From contig SHMW01000018.1 of the NCBI GenBank assembly GCA_008080735.1, positions 1 through 57,421 of the forward strand: a stretch of DNA of 57,421 nucleotides, read 5' to 3'. The translations under genes were made by a program, and so were the position numbers. The notes beneath the pieces are model-generated. The model searched no databases and was not told the origin of the DNA. It was given only the letters and a program-made list of their open reading frames with translations. This DNA is from Promethearchaeota archaeon. Its GTDB lineage: Archaea; Asgardarchaeota; Lokiarchaeia; Sigyniarchaeales; SOKP01. Shown here piece after piece: positions 1 through 8,887 of the stretch (position 1 is its first letter; every line of letters begins with the position of its first letter).

Positions 1-147
1 TATCTCGTATATCTGAGAATTATATCTTATTCAGATATTCTTAAGATACAGTATATTTCAAATTCCTTGATATATAGGTTTAAAAGAATTCACTTTTCAA
101 GGGTCTAAACTAAAATAATGAAAAAAAAAATTTAAATAGAATAAAAT

Positions 148-840
148 ATGGGACTTACTGCAGTGGCAAACGGTGAGAATCAGATCGACCTTACATGGGA
201 CACAAATCCGGAATCCGATATCGACTATTACCAGATCTATCGGGACGGCTCGCCCTATGCAACTAGCGTAAGTACGATTTACAGCGACACGGGACTATCC
301 CCAGGATAGTTTCATAGTTATAGCGTAGCAGCGGTCTATACTGCTTCACAAGAGGGACCGGAATCGGTACCCGCCTCAGCGACCACAGCTGAAGAAATTT
401 TAGTACCCAAAAAGGTTGAGGGAATTAAGATTGAACGTTTATCCTCCGAGAACGGAATTCGTTTAAGTTGGAATGCAAATAATGAATCAGAATCCATTAT
501 TCATTATCGAATATATCGAGATGGGTTATTGATTGCAACTACTACAAATACAACATATCAAGATATTTTCGATCCACTGGAAGATATTAAACTGCACACA
601 TATCACGTCTCAGCTACAAACTCGAAAGGAGAAGGGGAAATGTCAGATCCAATTTCTCTCTTATCAATTCAAAAGGAACTCCCATTTATTCCGTATGTAG
701 TTGAAATCTTTATAGTATTCTCAGCAACTTTCGGGATTGGTGCTATGATTTCATTTGGTGGTGCCTCAGTCTCTCGTCGGATTATAAAAAGATCTATACC
801 CAAAAAGAAAAAACTGAATAAGAGAAAATCAACAAAATAA
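148..840 (+). pseudogene. Fibronectin type III repeat, C-terminally membrane-anchored protein, interrupted by an in-frame TAG (307-309) and probably 5'-truncated
   Basis: ATG at 148 is in frame with ORF 529..840. Translation gives two FN3-like repeats (IDLTWD...YYQIYRDG...YSDTGLSPG*FHSYSVAAV; IRLSWN...YRIYRDG...YHVSATN..GEG), then a TM helix and a basic tail. No signal peptide. Confidence 0.75.
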
Positions 841-852
841 ATTTTATTGAAA

Positions 853-879
853 AAGACATCTTATGTCTTCTTTTTTTTT
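853..879 (+). terminator. Hairpin plus oligo-T terminator
   Basis: AAGACAT-ctt-ATGTCTT followed by C and T9, just after the stop at 840. Confidence 0.55.
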
Positions 880-982
880 ACTTTAATTCGTCAAAAACCT
901 AGTTAATAGTTATAGAGAAAAGAATTTTATTAAGAAACATCTCAAAATTTAAAGCTTTCCTCAGTTTAAGAAATTATTTATT

Positions 983-1420
983 CTAATTCTTTATCCTCTT
1001 ATATCTACACATTAATTCCACGGATTTAATGATATAACCTGATAATTTGTCTTCAAAATTCATTTTATTTATTTCCTTTATCTTTGATTTATCCAGTGCA
1101 TATAGAGTGAAAAAGTAGCGATGTTCTCCTTTTTCCGGACACGGGCCCCCATACTCTTGATTTCCAAAATCATTTTCTAACTCATCCCCTGGAACAGGAC
1201 CTCCTCGTGGAATTTCTCGAACATTTTTTGGGATATTTACCATATACCAATGAACCCATGTTCCTGCTTTCGAATCCCTATCGATGCAAGAAAGCGCAAA
1301 ACTTTGGGTTCGTTCTGGAATATCGCTCCATCGCAAATGCGGTGAAATATCATCTCCATCACATGTAAACTTTGGATTTATTTTTGCACCCTCTTCTATA
1401 TCATCACTCATGAGCTTCAT
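983..1420 (-). CDS. YbhB/YbcL family (PEBP/Raf kinase inhibitor-like) protein
   Basis: Motifs CDGDDISPHLRW, D.D...WVHW, YGGPCP..GEHRYFFTLYALD. Confidence 0.93.
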   Translation of the reverse strand: MKLMSDDIEEGAKINPKFTCDGDDISPHLRWSDIPERTQSFALSCIDRDSKAGTWVHWYMVNIPKNVREIPRGGPVPGDELENDFGNQEYGGPCPEKGEHRYFFTLYALDKSKIKEINKMNFEDKLSGYIIKSVELMCRYKRIKN

Positions 1421-1685
1421 ACTATATAAGTGATATAAATCGCTAAAAAAATTACTCTCTTTAAATTATTATGTCTTGATTTTAGAGCTTCACTCCTCCC
1501 GGTCTCTCTTATACACACGGGTTGACGGTATTTTTCTACAACGATTAGGTGATAGATGAGGGAATGGACTCTATGGGGCTCTTTTTGATATTCCATTATG
1601 GAATTATTACCTTAGATTGGATAAAAAGGATATCACTGCTTGAATTTAGTGATTTTTACCCGCCTTCATCCATGCCCTAAAGGAC

Positions 1686-2336
1686 ATGGCTTTCTGCGAA
1701 AAAAACGGTAAAAAATCATTATTTTTATATCTTTTATTTTTGCTCATCTCAATCATAGCATTTGGGGGTTTTTTCCTTATCATTAATGCTAAGACTTTAG
1801 ATTTTTTTCAGCAAATGATTTTTTTAGTATTTCCTCTTTTCCAAATTCTCTTACCTGTCATAGGATTAATCTGGAAATCAAAAATCAGAAATAAGCCCCC
1901 CGTAAGTCTTTTTGGTTTTTTTATTTTTCTCATAACATTATATCAATGGTTTAAATATTATGCTTGGACCCCCACATCATTCAGATACTCATATATAGAT
2001 GCTATTATTGATTTAGCATTAATTTCCTATACATTCTTCTCACTTTTTAAAAATGCAGTCAAAATAAAAAAGAGATTGCCAGAGGTTTTTAAATTGGAAT
2101 CCTTGATACTCCTATTTGTTTGGACAAGAATATCCTCCATGATATTGTTATTAACTGTAGGAGATTATCAATTATTTGGGTTTAGTGCAATTGAAGGATC
2201 CTATCTGATTTCTATTTTTCTCACAATAATTATCGGATTTATTTTGGGAGCTCTGTGGATAAGACAAGGTATAAAGAGGGAAGATTTAGATTTTGAGATT
2301 TCTCTAAAAGAAATAGTAGATGACAATATTCAGTAA
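1686..2336 (+). CDS. Multi-pass membrane protein of unknown function (5' end uncertain)
   Basis: 216-aa ORF with about 6 hydrophobic segments; the upstream 1471-1685 region looks like interrupted coding sequence. Confidence 0.65.
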   Translation: MAFCEKNGKKSLFLYLLFLLISIIAFGGFFLIINAKTLDFFQQMIFLVFPLFQILLPVIGLIWKSKIRNKPPVSLFGFFIFLITLYQWFKYYAWTPTSFRYSYIDAIIDLALISYTFFSLFKNAVKIKKRLPEVFKLESLILLFVWTRISSMILLLTVGDYQLFGFSAIEGSYLISIFLTIIIGFILGALWIRQGIKREDLDFEISLKEIVDDNIQ

Positions 2337-2357
2337 TTTTATTTATTTGGTTTTTTC

Positions 2358-3419
2358 TCAGTGATACCATGTTTCCTTAAGGACTCTTATCCAATTCCGA
2401 AAAGCAATTTTCTCAATTGAATTTTTAGTTAAACCTTCTTTTTTGAGAAATTTAATAAGTATAGGTAGTTTTGACACATGATTTAAAGAATCTATCATTA
2501 TGGCACCATCAAAGTCAGATCCAAGACCAATATGATCTATTCCAATCCTTTGTATAATATAATCAATATGATCAACTATCGTTTTAATTGAGGTATTTTT
2601 ATTTAATTTTCCATCGGGTCGGATATTGCTCGGTTCAAACATCACTCCGATAATCCCATTAGTATCACCGATCGCATCGATTTGATCATCAGTCAGATTC
2701 CTAGTTGAGGGACATATTGAATGAACTCCCGTATGGGAAACTACCAAAGGATGCTCCGATTTATTTTCAGCATCCCAAAATCCCTTTTCGTTTATATGAG
2801 CAAGATCAATCATAATCCCAAGGGAGTTGCATTCTTTTATAAGGTTTTTACCTTCATCTGTTAATCCCGGGCCTATATTCGGAGTATTCGGGAATTCAAA
2901 GGGGACCCCCGTTCCAAAATTATTTGGACGACTCCAGACCAATCCTAATGAGCGTAAATTCTTTTGATAATACCACTCTAGATTACTAATATCTTTCTTT
3001 ATAACTTCTGCGCCTTCAAAATGTAGTATAACCCCCAAATTCTGGTTTTTAAGACCTTTTATTAGGTCTTGATACTTTCTAATAGTATAAATTGTTCCTT
3101 TAGCTCGCACTTTTAATAAATTTAAAAACTTAATTAAGGAATTAGTGTATTTTCGAGCATAATTTGGATCAATAGCATTTGCAAGCCTTTTTCTGTACCC
3201 CTTGTGTGTGAATTCCATCCCGTACATCGGATCCCTTTCTTTCGATGTCATTTTTGGAGGAACAAATATTGAAAAATTCCCATAAAGTAAATTCCCTTTC
3301 TGCGACCCAGGTAAATCTATATCGCATTTTTGGCTTCCTTTGAAAAAAAGATCCAATCCATTTTCTAATGAGTATAATTTTGTCAATGTATCATTATGAC
3401 CATCAAAAATTGGTATCAT
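2358..3419 (-). CDS. Membrane dipeptidase (peptidase M19 family)
   Basis: DGHND, HFEGAE, IDLAH, VVSHT, GSDFDG motifs; start placed at ATG 3419 (MIPIFDGHND). Confidence 0.92.
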   Translation of the reverse strand: MIPIFDGHNDTLTKLYSLENGLDLFFKGSQKCDIDLPGSQKGNLLYGNFSIFVPPKMTSKERDPMYGMEFTHKGYRKRLANAIDPNYARKYTNSLIKFLNLLKVRAKGTIYTIRKYQDLIKGLKNQNLGVILHFEGAEVIKKDISNLEWYYQKNLRSLGLVWSRPNNFGTGVPFEFPNTPNIGPGLTDEGKNLIKECNSLGIMIDLAHINEKGFWDAENKSEHPLVVSHTGVHSICPSTRNLTDDQIDAIGDTNGIIGVMFEPSNIRPDGKLNKNTSIKTIVDHIDYIIQRIGIDHIGLGSDFDGAIMIDSLNHVSKLPILIKFLKKEGLTKNSIEKIAFRNWIRVLKETWYH

Positions 3420-3571
3420 ACTGTGACATTGGTAGGGCAAGATGGAAATTAAAATCTTGTTAATATCACCTTATCTTTCTCAATTACATCTGATATAAAA
3501 TTTAAAGAAATTAAGATTTTTATAGGGTAAAGGATTCATTTGATCATTAACATGAAATGAGATGATTTATT

Positions 3572-4978
3572 TTGGCGAAAAAGGCTTCAAAACCTCCTAA
3601 AGTAGAAAATTTAACTTTTAAAAAATTCTTGCTCACCCTAACCGTGAATAAAATTAAGGACTTAATCAATCTCTATAATGATGATTTCGCTCCGGAAGAA
3701 AATCCCATTAAAAATTATTCTCAATTTCGTAAAAAAGAGCTAATTGAATTTCTCAATGAAAACATCCTCGAAGAAAAAAAAAATATTTTGATTAAAGAAT
3801 TTGAAGAGGATCTTGTTGAAGATTTGGTGATTAGAGCGACTTCATTAATAACCGGAGAGCATAATGTTGAAATTATTAAAAATGCAGCAATAATCGCGGG
3901 AGGAAAAGGATATAATGTGTGGTTTTCAAGTAAATATGCTGCGTTTAAAGCGTCCCTCCATATAGAAAATAATTCCGTGCAGAGATCGTGTAATTGTAAA
4001 ATAGGAAGCTTAGGAGGATTATGTATTCATCAAATGGCAATCTATTTGATGTTGCTAAGTAAAAATGTGATTAATCGAGCCCAAATTCCATTTAATCTTA
4101 ATAAAGAGTTATATAATTCCATCCAAAAACGATTAGAATTACATGCGAGCCAAAAATTGTTTAAAATCGAACCCAGTATTATGTTCGAAGACGGATATAA
4201 AATTTATGTGAATAATAATTTAGTCACCTTAGAATGGGGGGGAGATTTCCCTGGGAAAACAACCAAAGACATATCGAGAAAGGAGGTTGATGTGGATAGG
4301 TGGATATCAGAAAAAGTGACAGATCTAATTGTTAGATACATTAAGGTTAGAAAAAAGGAAGGCAAACCCTCTAAAATGGTTATAGATTCCTATGATATTA
4401 TTTCTAAAATTATGGAATATGAAGATCTAGTTAAAAAAATCCTTAGGAAATTTTCTGCTCTGGCGGATTCAAAACTACCCACAGATGAAAAAAAATTGGA
4501 AAAATACTTGAGAGAGGGTTTAAAAGAATCTTCCATCGATCTCGAGATTGAGCCACCATTTTCTGCATATGAAGGTGAGAAACCTTATATATTTGTGAGT
4601 TATACACATAGAGATAAAGCAGAAGTCTACCCTCTCATAAATAAATTGAATCAAGAGGGGTTTAATATTTGGTACGATGAGGGCATCCACCTAAGTACAG
4701 ATTGGTGCAACACCATTGCTGAAAAGTTAATGGGATGCGCCCTTTTTCTTTCATTCATCTCACCGCATATTAATGAATCAGAAAATTCAAAAGATGAAAT
4801 CTTCCTTGCCACTGAAGAGAACAAACCATTTATCGCCGTATATCTAAAAGAAACAGATTTAGTTCCAGGAATCAAAATGCGAATTCGCAGAATTCAAGGA
4901 ATTATGAAATATGAGATGGATGAATCTAAGGCGTTCGAAAAACTTAAATTAGAAATTGGTCAATTAGTCGCTCAATAA
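3572..4978 (+). CDS. SWIM zinc-finger and TIR domain protein with an N-terminal HeH/Rho_N-like motif
   Basis: SCNC-x8-CIH SWIM motif; C-terminal AYEGEKPYIFVSYTHRD...GFNIWYDEGI...W...SENSKDEI TIR signature; N-terminal LTVNKIKDL...IKNYSQFRKKELIEFL. Confidence 0.85.
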   Translation: MAKKASKPPKVENLTFKKFLLTLTVNKIKDLINLYNDDFAPEENPIKNYSQFRKKELIEFLNENILEEKKNILIKEFEEDLVEDLVIRATSLITGEHNVEIIKNAAIIAGGKGYNVWFSSKYAAFKASLHIENNSVQRSCNCKIGSLGGLCIHQMAIYLMLLSKNVINRAQIPFNLNKELYNSIQKRLELHASQKLFKIEPSIMFEDGYKIYVNNNLVTLEWGGDFPGKTTKDISRKEVDVDRWISEKVTDLIVRYIKVRKKEGKPSKMVIDSYDIISKIMEYEDLVKKILRKFSALADSKLPTDEKKLEKYLREGLKESSIDLEIEPPFSAYEGEKPYIFVSYTHRDKAEVYPLINKLNQEGFNIWYDEGIHLSTDWCNTIAEKLMGCALFLSFISPHINESENSKDEIFLATEENKPFIAVYLKETDLVPGIKMRIRRIQGIMKYEMDESKAFEKLKLEIGQLVAQ

Positions 4979-6216
4979 CTAAACTGCTTTAATCTATCAA
5001 CTGTAGTATACATTTGCCTCCCGCCTTTTCTGAGATAATCCATTGCCTCTTCTATTCCCTCAACGGTTAAATCAAACATCGGGAATATGCTGGCAATGAT
5101 CTTTCTCGTCCATGGCATCCAATCAAAACGGATAACCTCGGGATTTAACCATACCACGTTTTTTGGGAAATGATTCTTAATTTCTTTCAAATAGTAAATG
5201 CCCGGCATCTCGTTGCGGTGATAATAATAAATCGAACCATAACGTTCAGTTAGCTCCCAAGACGCCATAGCAGCATCTCCGACAATTACCACTTTATATT
5301 TATTATCATACTTTTTCAAAAATTCTTCAAATTCAATCGCTTCATCGGGATTTCGCTGGGCGTTCTCATAAAGCTTCTCATAAATGCAGTTATGAAAGTA
5401 ATAATGCTTAAAATCCTTCCAATGAGACATATCATTAGCTGCAGAAAAGATTAGGTTCACTAAATGGGAATATGGAGTCATGCTCCCTCCCACATCCATG
5501 AGAAGAAGCATTTTTACATTATTCTTCCTCCGCTTTTCAAACACCAACTCAATATCTCCCCCATTTTTGGCCGTTTTATCAATGGTTTTATCTATATTCA
5601 GCTCATCTTGTTTTCCAATTTCTTCTAATTTTCTAAGGCGTTTTAAGGCAACCTTGATCTGTCTCGTGTCGAGAACTACATCTTTCCGATAATCTCTAAA
5701 TATACGTTTTTGGGCAATTTGAATAGCCATCCTCATGCCCGTTCCACCCCCTACTCGCATACCCATTGGGTTCTGTCCCCCATGACCAAATTGGGACTGT
5801 CCTTGTGTACCGATCCATTGACTCCCAAAGTTATGCTCCTCATCTTGTTTCCGTAATAACTCCTCAAAATGTTCTTGCAGTTCTTGTATATTAAAATTCA
5901 TATCTAAAAATTCTTGGAACTGTTCTCTGTATTCCGGCGCAATTTCATCGGGCTCGAAAGGTTTCTCCAGCCAATCCCAGATCTCTTGTTTGATCTCATC
6001 TGGAAACTTCAACTGGGCGTTCTTAAAATAGTTCGCAAAAGAGATATCATATACATCAAATTGATGTTCATTTTTACAAAAAATCGACCGTGAGATATAG
6101 TAGAATTCGATCATGTTATTGACTAACCCTTTATCGAGTGCCTCCATGAGTGTCATATATTCCGTTACGCTCACGGGCAATCGCTCCCTCAAATAATAAA
6201 AGAAATCTATAAACAT
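4972..6216 (-). CDS. VWA domain protein (CoxE-like MoxR partner)
   Basis: MIDAS-like MDVGGSM, YYFHNCIYE, IVGDAAM, WLNPE; lies directly downstream of the MoxR ATPase. Confidence 0.92.
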   Translation of the reverse strand: MFIDFFYYLRERLPVSVTEYMTLMEALDKGLVNNMIEFYYISRSIFCKNEHQFDVYDISFANYFKNAQLKFPDEIKQEIWDWLEKPFEPDEIAPEYREQFQEFLDMNFNIQELQEHFEELLRKQDEEHNFGSQWIGTQGQSQFGHGGQNPMGMRVGGGTGMRMAIQIAQKRIFRDYRKDVVLDTRQIKVALKRLRKLEEIGKQDELNIDKTIDKTAKNGGDIELVFEKRRKNNVKMLLLMDVGGSMTPYSHLVNLIFSAANDMSHWKDFKHYYFHNCIYEKLYENAQRNPDEAIEFEEFLKKYDNKYKVVIVGDAAMASWELTERYGSIYYYHRNEMPGIYYLKEIKNHFPKNVVWLNPEVIRFDWMPWTRKIIASIFPMFDLTVEGIEEAMDYLRKGGRQMYTTVDRLKQFSY

Positions 6217-6307
6217 TTCAGAACATCAATTTTTTGGTTTTTTTTTTGCTTTCTTGGTTTTATTTTTGGAATACGTTCATACTCTTAAAAATGAAAAGAT
6301 TGGAAAT

Positions 6308-7189
6308 TTAGGTCGGGAATTTAAGTTTGTCCAACGCTATTTCCAAATCCCGCTCTTTCTTGATTAAAACGCCGAGGAATGGTAATCCTGTTCTTAGCTC
6401 ATTAATTGAAATACCACTCTTTAATAATACCCCAATCCAATCCAATAATTCGGATGTCGAAGGCATTTTTCTAAATTGGGTTATCGCTCGGAGCTGATAA
6501 AACCTCTTTAAACACTGGTCTAAGAGATTCTGTTTCAAGTTCGGATAATGGATATTACAGATATCGGCCATAAACTCTTTGTCTGGAAATTCTATATAAT
6601 GAAACACACATCTCCTTAAAAAGGCATCAGGTAATTCCTTTTCATTATTCGAGGTTATTATCACAATAGGACGATGTTTAGCCTTAATAAACTCATCTGT
6701 TTCCTTAATATAAAATTCCATTACATCTAATTCTTGAAGTAAGTCATTAGGGAATTCTATATCGGCTTTATCAATCTCGTCGATAAGCAGAACCACTTGC
6801 TTATCAGAGTCAAATGCTTGTCCTAATGGTCCGAGCTCAATATAATCGTGGATGTTGTTTACATCTCTCTCTTCAGTGCCAAATCTACTGTCGTTTGATC
6901 CAGAAATTATAATTTAATTCCTGATTAATCTCTGGACAGTATCATATCTGTAAGCACCGTCAATCGCTTCCGTGGTTGATTTGATGTTCCAGACAATCAA
7001 TTTTTTATTTAATGCTTCTGCTATTGCATGGGCAAGGAGGGTCTTTCCCGTTCCAGGCTCCCCTTTGACCAAAAGAGGGCGTCCGAGCGCGATTGACACA
7101 TTGACGATATTTCGTAATTGAGGGTCGGCGATATACTTTACCTTCTCGGTATTTACATTGCCTTGGAATTTATTAAAACTACTACTCAT
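6308..7189 (-). CDS. MoxR-family AAA+ ATPase, predicted join(7189..6925, 6894..6308), 283 aa
   Basis: Walker A GEPGTGKT lies in ORF 6914..7189. Walker B LLIDEIDKAD and TSNNEKELPDAFLRRC lie in ORF 6308..6796. Both are in the same frame; removing 30 nt gives continuous YRYDTVQRLNDSRFGTEERDVNNIHDYIELGPLGQAF. Confidence 0.88.
6895..6924 (-). other. Candidate 30-nt archaeal mRNA intron with a bulge-helix-bulge/loop motif
   Basis: Insert UCAGGAAUUAAAUUAUAAUUUCUGGAUCAA contains in-frame UAA (6916-6914). Fold: 4-bp central helix GAUU/GAUC, 3-nt bulges AAU and AAA, inner stem CAGGAAUU/AAUUUCUG, exon-exon stem UACUGUC/GACAGUA. Confidence 0.8.
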
Positions 7190-7341
7190 AGTTATAAAAG
7201 TTGTGGGAAAATTAAATAATTTTTGATGTTAGCAATAAAGAAGAGATTAAAGTAGAATTGCTTCTAGTTTGCTAGATCATTAACTTGAAAATGCATAGTT
7301 TATGCATAAAAGCATAAATAGATCAAAATATAAATAATTCT

Positions 7342-7905
7342 ATGGGAGGTGGTTCTTATCAGGTTGTCTTATGTGCTAAGGATGAGGAGTTTATTCCGTC
7401 TAAAGCAAAACTAGAACAGTGTTTGGACATTTTGTATAATCACGGAATGTTACGTCTTGAAACGGAGAAAAATTATGATTCTCTGGAGGAAATAATGGGA
7501 AAAAAATGGAGTGAATTTGATTGGGAATTATTTTATTCAGAAGATCAACCAAATTCGGCATATTTTATTGTATACGCGAAAGAGGGGTTTTTCAAGTCAT
7601 TTTATGATAAGATTCTTGAGGAATTGGATCACAAAGATGAAAATGGGTATTGGTATATTGATACTATCTCTTTTATAGATGAATTTTTCATAACCATTTC
7701 TCAGAGATCCCTAACAGGACCTATGGGAATGCCTTTTGATTCAAAATTTGTAATTGCTAATGTATCAATTGGTAATGGTCATTTGCAATACTCAGAAGCT
7801 CAGCAAGTCGCTCAGATATTTAAGGAAACATATTCAGATATTATAAAAGCTCTTGAGAAAGCCCTTGATCAAGAATTAAAAATAATTATAGATTGGGCCG
7901 ATTAG
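7342..7905 (+). CDS. Acidic hypothetical protein
   Basis: 187-aa ORF with ATG start and protein-like composition; no motif recognised. Confidence 0.7.
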   Translation: MGGGSYQVVLCAKDEEFIPSKAKLEQCLDILYNHGMLRLETEKNYDSLEEIMGKKWSEFDWELFYSEDQPNSAYFIVYAKEGFFKSFYDKILEELDHKDENGYWYIDTISFIDEFFITISQRSLTGPMGMPFDSKFVIANVSIGNGHLQYSEAQQVAQIFKETYSDIIKALEKALDQELKIIIDWAD

Positions 7906-8244
7906 TATAATAATATTCAATCAACGAGATGGATAAAATCTATATAGGTTATGGAGATTTTTATATGTGTCTAATGACATTCCAATTGGAACTTATGGCT
8001 GGATGATTACTGATGGAGGTCTGACAAGCTAGCAAATTAAAAAATCAATGGTCCTTAATTGAAGAATCAATTAGACCCAAATTTACATAATTTACATTAT
8101 ATTTATCTAAACAGTCTAAAAGGAGAATTAGTCGATTTCTAATATTCCTTATATATATTAGACATGTTTTTGAATAAAATTCATTATATTCTTGAAATAT
8201 AAGAATACGCTCATTAGATTAGTAGCAGTGGTGATTATTGTGAT

Positions 8245-8679
8245 TTAATATCCTTCAGCATCTAATCTTTCATTACACAATTTATCACAAATATTGATAT
8301 ACGGATTAGTTCGAGGTGTATGAATAAATTCCAGTTTTTCAAATTTCTTTTCTAAGGAAAAAATTTTATTTACAAGGATGGAAAGATGATTAGCTTTGAT
8401 TTTATATTCCTTATTGAGCTGCCTCACAGCCAATTGACTGTCAGAATATAGTTTCACGTTTCCAATGGTAATTTTTTGCGCTTCTTGGAGGGATGCGAAT
8501 ATTCCTGTATATTCTGCAACGTTATTTGTTGCTTTGCCGATAAATTCCGATTTCTCAAAAACCTTTTTCTCCTTATCTATAAAAATGAACGCATACGCAG
8601 CGGGACCTGGATTGCCACGTGAAGCCCCATCAACAAAAATTTTCAACTCTCTTATCCCGCTATGCATTTTGTTGGTCAT
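8245..8679 (-). CDS. rnhA: Ribonuclease HI family protein
   Basis: FVDGASRGNPG, ATNNVAEY, SDSQL, N..CD catalytic acidic residues. Confidence 0.9.
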   Translation of the reverse strand: MTNKMHSGIRELKIFVDGASRGNPGPAAYAFIFIDKEKKVFEKSEFIGKATNNVAEYTGIFASLQEAQKITIGNVKLYSDSQLAVRQLNKEYKIKANHLSILVNKIFSLEKKFEKLEFIHTPRTNPYINICDKLCNERLDAEGY

Positions 8680-8887
8680 AATAAAATAGGTAGATTAGAA
8701 TTACAAATTTATCTTAAAATTGAACTAATAATCATAAAATCATTAATCAATATTAACTCTATTAATATAAATTATCCCATTTGCTTTGCCTTGGCATTTT
8801 GTTAAGAAGCGAGGAGAATAATTCTACTACTAAAAAAGACATTGAATTTGTATGCAAGATAGGTTTTTAAAAGAAAAGTTAGAAATT

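Noticed and set aside
1-48. Inverted repeat ATATCTGA(9-16)/TCAGATAT(31-38)
   Set aside because: AT-rich, cut by the window edge and without context; cannot be assigned as operator or element end.
291-313. Hairpin around the FN3 amber codon as an intron
   Set aside because: Removing it would delete the conserved GLSPG of the FN3 repeat, and there is no BHB geometry.
6308-7189. MoxR as two separate genes, a simple pseudogene, or stop-codon readthrough
   Set aside because: Walker A and B lie in different pieces of one frame. The break is a clean 30-nt structured insertion, not a point mutation or tandem duplication. Readthrough of UAA would leave 10 foreign residues in a conserved motif.
7929-8089. 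Coding-like remnant (MDKIYIGYGDFY / VSNDIPIGTYGWMITDGGLTS*)
   Set aside because: Short, frameshifted and stop-interrupted with no recognisable family or splice motif; at most a decayed fragment.
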